A stretch of 64,000 nucleotides of DNA from Styela clava (taxonomy: Eukaryota): NCBI RefSeq assembly GCF_964204865.1, contig NC_135255.1, positions 21,824,001 to 21,888,000 of the forward strand, read 5' to 3'. Both the position numbers and the translations under genes were made by a program. The notes beneath the pieces are model-generated. The model did not search any database, was not told the DNA's origin, and saw only the letters and a program-made list of their open reading frames with translations. Shown here in pieces: positions 27,071 through 39,700 of this stretch (its first letter is position 1; every line of letters starts with the position of its first letter).

Positions 27071-30000
27071 TGGTATCTCATTGGATTGCGTCTAAAACAT
27101 TTAGGAAATGATAAAATAATTTAAACAAATGTGCTTAATAAAATTTAATTAGACTCCTTGCAGTATAAAATTTCTACGAGTCCGTAAAAAATGTTGACAG
27201 AGCGATGTATTTTTTCCTAGCATGATTATTTCTCTGGCAGCATTCAAATGCGTTGTTTCTTCCCGTCAAGCGAGTATTACTAATTTTTTGCGCCGTGGTG
27301 TACATCACAGTTTATTTCTCGCAGAACTGTACATTTAGTTAGACGAACGCATATGCTGCCTAAGCCACCATCGCACGACGAATAACTAATTAAATTCTGG
27401 CATTGCAAATAATGTTGCAATGTGCTCGCTTTGCAGCTAAAACACACACAATCAGCCGCAGATTGTGCGCCCGAGTTAATGTGACCGCTGGTCAGTTACG
27501 GTTTTCGCGCTCAGTCAAGTTTATACAACAGGAACGATTACCTATTTTAATAACAGATATGAATTGTTGCTTACCAATTAATACAAATCATTTGCTATTG
27601 CTCATCTTATGTAGGAAAGACCACGAGCGTAAACCGTTAGTCATAATGCACGGAATGTTGTCCTGAAACTAATTATAGTAGACATGCCCCGCGGGCAAAA
27701 TACGTCCCGTTGGGCAATTCAATCTGGCCCGCTTGATGCTGCCACAACCAAATTGAAATCGAATATTTATGTTTTAGCTAAAAATAGCTCAAGGAATTTG
27801 TTGAAATTGCGGTTAAATTTCGTTTTCGCACGAGGCATATTGTTTTTCACCTCTGCTTTGTAACACAGTAGATATTGTTCATAAAATGTAACTTTTCACG
27901 TCACACTTACATGGCCCGCCAGACTAGGTGGGCAAAATTGTTGGCCCTTAATTGAAAAACCTTGCCCACCCCTGATTTAGACCCAACTTGGCAGTACGAT
28001 GATGTTCAACAACCTTGTTTGTTCGCAAAAGACTTGCGGCAAACCTGTGGAACACAGTCACGTACGTTGTCAAACAATATAAACTTTTTTTTTTACTTCT
28101 ACGAAACTATGCTACTGCTATAAATGCAAAAGCAATAATACAATTTAACAAAAAATTCAATACTACAACAAACAGCCATCAACTATAAAATAGAAACTAA
28201 AATCAGCGGACAATTAAAGATCTGTGACATGCAGAACATTTTGAAAATTTTTCAACCATGAATAAATTGCAGATGTGGACCTATCAGTGAGACTTTGATC
28301 TGCAATATCAGTATTTGTTTCCCAACCTAAAACATACCGTTCAGTTTATTTACCTTTATGAGCTTATTTGCCCAGGCAATGTGTACATCTTGATCTTAAT
28401 TCAAACGGCAATGTGGTCGGCCTAACCTTAATTTAAACAAATCAGTTATTTATTTAAATCACCGGTTCTCAACCAGTGGGACATGGTTCACTGCTGGGCC
28501 ACAGAAACATTTTCAGGCGGGCCACAAACCTACTAAAAATGTGCGAGTTGACCATTGGACTCTTGAATGATTAGCTGGGTTGCTATTGGGAGCTCACAAC
28601 CTGAACCCTAAACTGGTACACATACCATTTTCAGGTTGTGCTCCATCTTGGTGCACACACTTCGGGAGCACCGGATATTGTAATAGTCAAATAATCTGGC
28701 AACATGCCATAGTCTGCCATAATCGAATGAAGCTATCTCATGAGATTTCAACTCCTACGGGTTAAATAATAATAATAACAGAATAGAATAGAACAATATA
28801 GAAATATAATATCCAAATGTCTGTTTGCTCATAGCTGACTCAATAACAGTGTTGGATGGGCCATAACATAAATGAAAAAACGTCACTATGAACAATATTA
28901 AGTAAAATTACTATGCAATAAAGGGAAAATAAAAAACTAAATGTCTATAAAATTAGATAAAGGAAACAACACTGTTAGTAGTATGAAAATATTTGAATCA
29001 CATAACATGCATTATATATTAACTTTGGATAGAAAATGCATTAATGTATTACAGTCATTTAGGTATTAATATAGAATGTTCCAGCAAGAAAAATTCTATT
29101 AAAAACAGACACTGGTATAAATAAGGGAGAAAGTAAGAGCTAGAAAACATATACAGTGGGTGCTAAATGTTCAACTATAATATCACAGTGGTCGAATAAC
29201 TGAAGGCAAAGGTAAAAAAACATTCAAATTAAGGTTAAAGCATATGGATCAAAAATAGTATTGAAAAAGCTAATGGAGGCTAATATGGTGGTATCCTTTG
29301 GTTAATTACAGCTTCTGCCACCAATCAAGTTCATGATACATCTGAACATAGATCCGATTTTGTTAACCAGGCTAATAGCGGAGTGCTCAACCAGCCTTCT
29401 CTGCCAGGATAAATACAAAACTTGTATTTTGCAATGAAATAGGCAGACTATGCCATGCACCATACCGATTCATGTTTCTCTCTAATATAACAGATATGTT
29501 AGGCATGTGTTTGCTCACTCATGAAAGAATGAATAAAAGGCAAAAAACACATTTATTCTCTAATACAGATTTGTAAACTCTGACCTTCCAAACCTTCTCA
29601 TCCTTACTCAAAGGCTTAACAACATAACAGAATCCTACTGAAAAAAGCAACTGAAACTTGAGTAACTAGAATGGAATTAGCCAGAAGTAGAGGGATGAAC
29701 TGATTTAAATGGTTTTTCATACAGTAAAATATAGTAATGAAATATTAGAAAAGGATATGCATAATCATAATGGATAGATGAATAGTAAGAGAGTAAAACC
29801 AATCAAAAACGACAAGAGGAAGCAGTTTGGAGGAACTTGGAAAACTAAAAATGTTGTGTTCTAGAGATTCAGGCTTAAATCATAATAGGCGTGAGTTTGA
29901 TAAATTTAGCAAAATTATTGTGGATACTTTAAAATAGTAAATGTGTGTGTTTGCTAACCCATGAAAAAATGAAAACTAGCAAAATTAAAAAACACATTCA

Positions 30001-30428
30001 TTTTCTTTTACAGATTTGTAAACTCTGACCGACCAAATCTTCTCATCCTTACTCAAAAGATTAACAACAAAACAAAATACTAGTACAGAGAATATCATCA
30101 AAGACGAAAGTTAGGGGATCCCCCAAAACAGCGCTCTTACTCCATAGTGACACCTTGTGTCCCATCACTAATTAATTAATAATTCACTAATTATACAACA
30201 TAATTCGCCCAAAACCAATAGGCTTCTGGTCCGAGATATGATGAATAGAGCTTGATTTAAACATGAAAGGTTGAGCCAAATCCAACTGATATTGCAGTTC
30301 ATTGGACTTCATAAAATTTTGTAAGTGGCCTGATGAAATGCTTGATAATGACAATATAAAATTAATGAAGGGGTTCTAATATTATATTGTTTAAGTTGAG
30401 TCCAACGTCCATTGTTGATTTTGTATTG

Positions 30429-30482
30429 TTAGTATTCAATTCCGCAGACTTTCAATTCCTATACAACTTTTACAAGATAGCT
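30429..30482 (-). pseudogene. Relic Deltex-like terminal exon (SYLVKVV*ELKVCGIEY*)
   Basis: Lies in a duplicate (~30285-30450) of the paralog-2 stop/3'UTR block; has an internal TAG; resembles the canonical Deltex C-terminus YLxRVxEELKxxGI. Confidence 0.6.
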
Positions 30483-30798
30483 ACAGGTAGTTACGGTAGG
30501 TTTAGATGGATTTTCCACCGCGTTCAGGCAATTTAGGGTCTGTTCCGGCAATGACAGGAACTTATTTTTTACCACTGTACCCCAAAGTTTGCTGTTCTAT
30601 CTTGAAAATTGCCTTGAGATATATAAAATGTCCTTTAAAGATATCTGAGTCATTCTGACTGATATTGCAGTTCACCGAACTTTATAATATTTATAAGTGG
30701 CTTGATGAAATGCTTGATAATGACACTACAAAATCAATGGATGAGACAATATAGTATTGTCCGGGTAGTGTTCAACGTCCATTGTTGATCATCTATTG

Positions 30799-33700
30799 TT
30801 AGTATTCAATTCCTGCTGCATTTAATTTTGCTATCAATGCATCACAAAGTTTACGCTCATGGTCATCATCAGGATATCCATTGCTGAAAAATATTAGATT
30901 GCATGAGAGATAATGGTAGTTGCATATGAGTCTGATTTCAATTAACTGTAAAAAATAAGATGTTCAATAAAAGAACACTGAAAATAACAAATATATTTGA
31001 CTGCTTAGGACTAACAAATGCTTAACTTAACGATGCCTGTGTGAGTGAGATTTGAATGTAAGGAATGTAAAATATATATTCATGATGCACGATGGCATAA
31101 TGGTTGAAGCGGTAAACTTAATTGGGTTGGCATCGCAAACCGCACATCTTTGGTTCAAATCCAGTGGGTATCACCCTACCCAAAATATTGAGTAGGCAAT
31201 GCCGAACCAAAATAGAAACTAGTTCTGCCAAATATGATTAGCTCTTTAAATATTGCTACATATCAGTGGAAGCTTAAACAACTTATCCAAAATATGTGGA
31301 TAAGCGCCGTATGATATAAAAACTCAAAGATCTTGTTTATAGAAGAATTTTAGGAATAAGCAGTGTAAGTGTAACTATAATTTATATGTTGGAAGCCCAA
31401 TGAAACATTGACAACAGAGAAGCAGAAAATTTAGTCGTTACTGGAATACGGATCAAATAGATACAAAGTTGGGCAACCATAATTCCAATGACAGATGTGA
31501 CAACAGAGAAACCTAGTAAACAACAGCTGGTCGTTGAACCTGGTTACAGTCGCGTTGCAGACAATTCAAGCCTGAATACCATAATGGTTGATTCTGATTG
31601 TCACTAAGAAATTACCCTCAGTCACATACACCCTAACATTTTGCAACAGCATGACAAATCATGGTCAATATTTATCAGGAGTAGAAAGAACGCTTCCTGG
31701 CCATCCCTCGTCAATCAACTGAAATTCGATAGATGTGATGGTTTCTTATAAATAGCCTTGTTCAAAGTGAAAGGTGTATAATGGATGTATATTAACAAAT
31801 TTAAATGTTGCTTGAAATTAAGAGAGGAAGGTTGAGAACGTTGTACTTGATTGTATCTAGGACGAGGCATTATATCTGTGGTTGAGTGGTTACAAATGTC
31901 ACAAGCTGGATGGATGGTTATGGGATCAAAACTGCGACCCGAAGATGCCTTTCTTTGATTTATAAATAAGAGTTTGCAAAATAGTGTTTAATACAAAAAA
32001 TGACTTTTTATGTGCAAGTTCATTTTTCTAACTTTGCATGGAAGGTCAGTTTGGAAAATAAATATTGATTTGGTTTAATTTAAGGTACTCCCGTAGTATG
32101 TGAACCAAGATGGCGGACATCGGAACACAGTATATGTATCAGGTTGAGGTTGGGCCATACTTTCAGGTACAAATACTACAGGAGTCACTTGGCTGGTCCC
32201 CGAACTCGTAATCAAACTAAAACAAGAAAAATTGGAATAAAACTATGGCCTAACCTTAACCTGGTACACATACTATGTTCGGGTGTCCGCCATCTTGTTG
32301 CACATATTACAGAGCAGCGCCCATTTTTATTTTTGCAATTCACATTTTAAATCTCGAATTTTGTTGGAACTAAATTTTTAATACATCTGTACTTGATATT
32401 ACTTAGTTGAGGCCCCAGTCAATCCTTATAACAATTGTGCATATTTTAAAATATTTAATCAGAAAACTTACTTATCTGGACCTCCACGTTTGTTAGTCTT
32501 ATGAGGAATTTCATCATTCCATATTATCTCTCCTCTGCTGCTTCCAATTATCTGAATCTTGAAGAGCAATCCTGCATTGAATGCTTTCTGAAGCAAGCTT
32601 GTTGTGGAATCGTACAAGTGAGGCACATATTCAGTGAATTCCTTTGCCTCATATGAAACACCCTGCAAACATAAACGCAATAAGTTATTTAACTTCTCTG
32701 ATAATTTATTAAAACTGATATAACCCAGGTGCTCCAGAAGTATGCGCACCAAGATGTCACACAACCTGAATCCTAACCGATACACACATACTATGTTCAG
32801 GTTGTGCGCCATCTTGAAGGTCCAAAAGCCTTAAACTAAAATTTCTGCAACTCAGAATCGATTCCCCAGAAGCAGTTGCAAAAGCATTTTTTTGGTGATT
32901 TTAGTTGGGATGTTTTCAAATACTCGCTCTGAACAAGGCACAAAACAAGCAGGCACTGATACGTTAATTGAACGATTGGAATCTTTTTCACTAAACATTG
33001 ACTATCAAAACATTTGATTTCTAGGTCAGGAGGAGGGAACACATTTGAACCAAAGATGTTTTACATGTGCAAACAAGTAAAATATCCTCAGGAAACATAT
33101 GATCAGTGGCACCTTGTTCAGAGTTGCCTTCACATAACATTAAAATTTTTTTTAATTTTTCAAAAAAGAAATGAAACATAATATATCTATGATTGGAAGC
33201 AGAGTTAGAATATGATGACACTAACATTTTACTGATACACAAAAAATCCACTGATATGTAAGAGGTTATATATAAAAAAAACAAAGGACCAACATTTTTC
33301 CAAGCAGAGCTTTGCTTGCCAATTTATACACATCGTTGGTGAGATCGTGATCTGGGATTTGAAGATTAATGTGAAGAGAAGTAGCCAAACTACGATGGCA
33401 GCACAGGTTAAAAATAGTATATAATGAAATAGGTAAGAGTGTATGATAAATTAGGTGACAATGCAACCAGACAGATTTCAGTACTACAATAAATAGTAGT
33501 GCCTTGCGTATCAGTGGCTGCTCATACATAGCCTTGTTTGGAACAAAAGACATGACAAACGTTTCATAGAAAAAATTCATATGGTAAGTTTGTCATTATA
33601 GGCGTTTGGAATCTTATAGTCGGACAAAACTATCAGACTTAAGATAGATTATGATGATTATTGCCAAAATGAAATACCTAATTTACTATTTCATATAAAT

Positions 33701-36700
33701 TCTTAAATAATATTTTTTTCCAATATTAAATATATTTTAAATTGGGCCATGTCCAACAAGAGTCTGTGAAAACCACTGTACAATTACATATGTGGAAATT
33801 TAATTCAGTAATGCAGAATAACTGATATAAACACAGCTTGGATTGATTTTTGCAATTTGCAATGTGAGATTTTAAAGAAAGTCATACGATTTTCTTCAAT
33901 AACCAAATGCTTTAAAAGACAAATTTTGAAATGAAAACCTCAAATCGAGAATTTGCTCTATGTAATATAAATAATTGTGAATATATTCATTTATTTTGGA
34001 CATCAGCACTGGTAGAGGTAAATTCTGCAAGGGGTCATTAATAAACCAACATAAAAAAATGCTTTCTGGAAACATCGGAAAAATTTCTGGAACATCTGAG
34101 CACTGAGGTGTTATGATGGCCTTGTGGTTATAGCATTGGACTTAGCTATGTTGGATGATAAATTGAAGATCTCAAGTTCAAATTCCATGCCCAATGCCTT
34201 ATCCAGGATGTAATAACTTGAGTAGGCAATTCCAAAACAAAAAAATTACATTCCATCCAAAAATAATAGCTTATTATGCAATAGCCCTGTTTGAAGTGAA
34301 CAATGTAATAAAAAAAAGTGTAATTAGAATTCAGTTGCTATTTGGGGGCAGAAAAATTGTATTTGGAAGATTTAATGTTAAACATAGAATCAATGTAAAT
34401 TATTACAACAAGAATCAAATTTAATACTCAGCCAACTGAATTCATTGCATGACTCACATTCAGACTTCCAGCAGGGAATGTGTAGGTGATTACACGAGTG
34501 CCGCCTGATCCATATCCTGGCAGTGATTCAAGCCACTCTACCACTGAAAATCTTCCATCAGGTGGTTGTTGGTTGATTAGACCAGATGAAGTAGCTTGAC
34601 TTGAAGACTGAGATTCTGTAAATTGAAAATTATTTTAGTGAAAGATGATCACAAGACATGATTCTGATTGTGCTTAGAATGAAATGATAGGGCATTTTGT
34701 AATATTATGTATATAAGCCCTCATGAAATCTTATAAGCCCCCACTGCAGTGCTAGGCTTAAATCGTGTATTATATTTTTACTAATGCTTTTGCATATGAG
34801 TAATATTGAATATTTTGTCAGAATCTACTATTATCTGTAAGTAACGACATTGCCTACCCAATCTGTTACACCCTGGGTGAGGTGTGGGATTTGAACCAGG
34901 GAGGTGTAATCTGAAATGGCAACGGCTAAGCCCAATGCTTCAACCACTGCGTCATCACCAACTGGATATTGGTTCGTTTGATTTTAATCTCGTTACTTTC
35001 AAATCATAAGTACCAGAAACTCGAGTGGAGTTGAGGTGACCAATATTCTAATTATATTAAATATCAAACCAGTATTTATATTGTCTATGGATTAACATTA
35101 ATTTCAATTAGCCTACATATATTCTGAATTAGAATAAATTCTAAAAAAATTAATAAGAATGACATATTTTATTTTTTTGAGTTGTCATGAAAATAACATT
35201 TTATTCAAAAACACCAATTTAATATAGCAGAACTTCCTAAATATCTCTTCATTGAAGCGTTTTTGTGGGAGAAGTGGAGTCGGAGTACTTGTATAAAATA
35301 TCATATTATAAAGAAGATTTTTGCCATTAATGCAAAAGCTTTATCTCCCATGTCTGACCACATAACTTATAAGTTATAATTTTAGCAAATATTGCTATGT
35401 AATGAAAAATTGGGTTATAAAATTACTCGCACACAGCTATTTGATTAAGTTTATACTCGCATGCAAATTATTTGTCAACTTTATCATTTTTCCATTCAAA
35501 AACGGAAAAATGGCGATTTCGTAGTCTGCAGCTTTTTACAAAAAAGAGATTCAGTAGTGAACACTGCTCATCAGAATAATGTCATACTAACTGAAGTATG
35601 CCTATGGGACCATGTCGAGCCATGAATATAACATTTGTGCTTCTGTAAATAATTGAAGTCATGTCTTTTGAAGGCCCCTGAACATTTGCAAGATTTTGGA
35701 ATTAAGGCTTGACAATTTTTTGAAGTACAAGATTGAAATTTGGAATTGGGTGCCATTCCCCTTATCTAGAAAGGTCCTTCATGTATACAACAACGTTCGT
35801 ACCAGTAGAATTGTAAAAGTTTTATTTTTTTAATGACATCAGCGTGAAACCATTATATTAATCCTACAGTATATCTTACAGCCTTGTTATGCACAGGTGA
35901 AAGATCCATGACTGGTAATGCTGCTAAAAATTTGCCAAAAACACCATTCAAATCTTAAGGTCATGCAGACTTGCAAATTTTGATATTTGTATGATTTCCT
36001 CGATAATAACAAATGACAACAGCGAGAAACTAGTTTTATGTTTGTTCAAGTTTTAGGAGCTACTTGTTTATAGCCTTGTACAAAAGTAGGAGACGAGATA
36101 TATTGTACAAGAAACCCAACCTGTAGTTTTAGATCTTGCTCCTGATGATGAATTCCCCTGCTTATGCTGATGCTTCGGTCTTGCAGAACGTGAAGTTGCA
36201 GGCTGCTCATCCAGGCTTCGGCTTTCTAAATGTTTAATAACGTTTAGGCCTCTAATATATAGGAATTTTTTTTTATCCAAGAAACAAAAAATTGTATAGT
36301 TAAACTGAAGGAGCCTAAAATTATGACTACCGGTAATTATATTAATTTTACAGGTCTCCAATTCATAATTTGAATACTGCTTGAAATGCTGTGGACATAA
36401 AATTTATATTCATAGAGGCAAAAAAAATGACAACAGTCACTTATAATCATGATGAATGCCAAATCGGTATCAATTTTGAAGAGGGAAGACTGAAATATTA
36501 CATGATATTCACCGTTTTGTTAATAGTGTTTGCACATTCGGTGTTATAATAGTACATGTATATGTTTAAAATTGCAAACTGTGCGTGACACTTTGGGGAT
36601 CGAACAAATGAAGGAAACATGATAATTTATGCATAGTGAAAAGATCAGAGAGATTTGGAATATACAATAACAGGAATAGATTAAAAATAATTTGGAACCG

Positions 36701-39700
36701 CACTGGCCTAAGCCTATAACCAGTTCGGCCTATATCAGGTAAGACAAGTATTACATAATTATTATTTATTTTATTCATTTGGGCAAAATTTAAAAAAATA
36801 TTATATTTTTGTGTCATCAAATTTTTCATAACCTTATATTTTTACACCATTCGAAGCAGAACATTAAATAAATTTTGGCAAATTGAGGAGAACTGGATGA
36901 GATTTTCTGATGTGCGATAAATATCCAACATAAATTTTCATTTCCTCGATTAGACATTATCATGAGTAGGTGACTTTCGGCAATACAAAAATAATGGAGC
37001 TTTCCCAGCACAAATTGCCTTAAAAGACTAACTTCTGAAAATTTATTTATTTTTGTTCTTTGAGTCTAATTTAGAAGTACATTGTTTAAGAGTATTTGGT
37101 ACAAATTCACGTTATGGCATTAATATTTCCTAACTCTGTTCGATTTCTGCACCTCCTTCGATACTGATGCCAACAGCTTGACTTCCTGAAAATATAAAAC
37201 AATACGATTAGTCAAGAAACATTGGGCTAACAAAAGCATCACGTATGTAGTTATCCAAAATCTTTATAATCTTGAAATACTAAGGATGACTATTATAGAA
37301 GAATTCAATATCATATATTGGTAGAAATAATTTGATAGGACTGACGATTGTGTATGCAACAAACCCTGGCTGTTGTCTATCTGTTTTCAATTGTCAGACA
37401 GGTTAAATTAGACAGCAGATGACTATTATGTAATGACAAGGATTGAATTAAGAAATTTCGTCACAGAAACATCTCCCATGGGATGTGAACCCACATAAAG
37501 TGAGGAAACAATTGTTCAATTAAATATGGATCAAATATTCTCACCTTCAGTATTTCTGGCATTATTTGCATCAGAAGCTCTGGAAACGGTGCCAGCTCCA
37601 ACCATAAAATCTAGGAAAAAATTAAGTCATATTCATTGTTTGCTAGTAAAAGTGGATAATGTAAGTGGCCCTACTGTACATTGTTAAGAGAATGGCCCAA
37701 TATGAATCTAACGGAAGAAAAGCAAAAACTTGAATATCACAAACCCCGTTTTTATTTGTATATTAAAATTTTAGCCTGAGAATAGTCAATTGAACTCTTT
37801 ACTTTTTCTTATTTATATATTGCAATTATATACAAAATAAACATATATTTTAGCAATACCTCCATGAATTTGAACGATATTTTTGAAGACAGGAGTTCGA
37901 TTGGGAGAGTCGTCATAGTTGTGTTCTGAAGATTTTTTTTCTGAATTTAAATAAAAATATAAAATCAGTCAACAACTGTACGTGTGATAAAATAAGTTTA
38001 TTGCACAACTGCAGACATGATATAGATACAAATATGACCCTATGCTACAGTCTGTTACAGTAAAACAGTACCACCGTGTTTGCAACTTCGTATAATATTG
38101 AGATCGCTTATGCTTAAGGGGAACAATTTTTATTATTGCACACAAAAAAACAAATCTATCGAAATGAATAAAAATAAACCTTCTAACGAAAAATAATTCT
38201 TCAACAGCTGAAAATTTCCAAGCTATGGGTAGTAGTAGAGAAAAGTTATTTTTCATGCGGTAGGAACAACAAGAAAAATAATAACATGATGATCTATAAC
38301 AACAACATAATAACAAAACGATCTAAAGGACCACTTTGTGCCCAAAGATTAGTAATTGAAACACACAAATAATTTTTTTGACTCGTATGAAACTGTCAAC
38401 ACCTGTTAGGATTTCTCAAATCTTGGGATTCAAATTTCTAAGAACATCTTTTTGTATCGTACAAATGGTTATTTTGTTGTGGTCATGTAAAGTCTGACTG
38501 ATTATTAACGACATCCCCGGATTCCCACCACTTGATAATATGCAATATCATAACTCAATAATAAACTATTCACAAACCTTGATAACGAGCTCTTTTGAGG
38601 TGTCGTACATCTCCCACAGAATAAACAAATTTGAGGCTATCAGAACCTGGATTTTCAGGATCTAATAGAAATGAAAAAGCTTTGTATAGCTCCCTTTCAT
38701 AAAACTCCATTGTGACTTTTAATATAGTTTTTTCCGCACTTTCGAATTTATACTTTTCGGGTTCCTTACTCTCTAAATTAACAGGGAGTACGTCTCCAGG
38801 GTTAACTGTAAGTTTTGTAGATGGAGGATGAATGATTTTATAGCCAGTTTTAATCCATTCGCTTTTTAGCTTTTCTGCAAGTTTATCACTAGAAACAAAA
38901 TGAACGGATACAAAACTACCCAAATGATCCTTGCACAGAAAATATAAAAGGTCAAATTTTACAAGTTCCAGATCTTTAGAATTTAGTGCAGGAATCTTTT
39001 CACAGAAACTGTCAGCGGTGAAGGAAACAAAGCCAGAATCAGTCAAAGACACCTCATCACAATACTGCCATTGTCCCCTCTTTTGCCTTTTATAAATGTA
39101 AAGTTGCACTGGTCTTTTGCATTTTTTAGATATACTACACCAAATTGGCATTTTAAAAACCACAGGAAATTTGAATTTTAAACCTCCAGGCGCACAATGT
39201 AGGGGGAGTGAGACAGGTATTAAACCAGAAGGCAAAGTAAGATTGTCAATGTCATCTGACACATAAAATTTTGTTCTAATTGGAATATCAACAGCATTTT
39301 GGGGGAAAATGACTTCATAGGAAAACAGCTTGATTGTGCCTCCACCAGGTCCAACAGTGTAACCTGAAAGTAAAACAGTTCATTTAACCGAGTTTATGAA
39401 TCTGCAGAATGATACTTTAGTTTCAATATATTGTGCGAGGAATTACACTAAGAACTGCACTGCATATGCTAGTTAAATACATGAATTAGCCTTCATACAA
39501 AAATCTAATTGAAGTACCCATAAATTGGTTGGTGTTTCATTATAAATAAATCACCACATAACTACTAACAGCGCTTGACCGTGGAGTAGATGCACAATTG
39601 TAAGAAAAAAAACTTTTACTCTGGTAGACAAATATGAAAGCTCAGTTGGTTATTCCCTTCTGCTCAAAGTTAGTTCAAGCTTGGGATTTTTCTAATCAAA

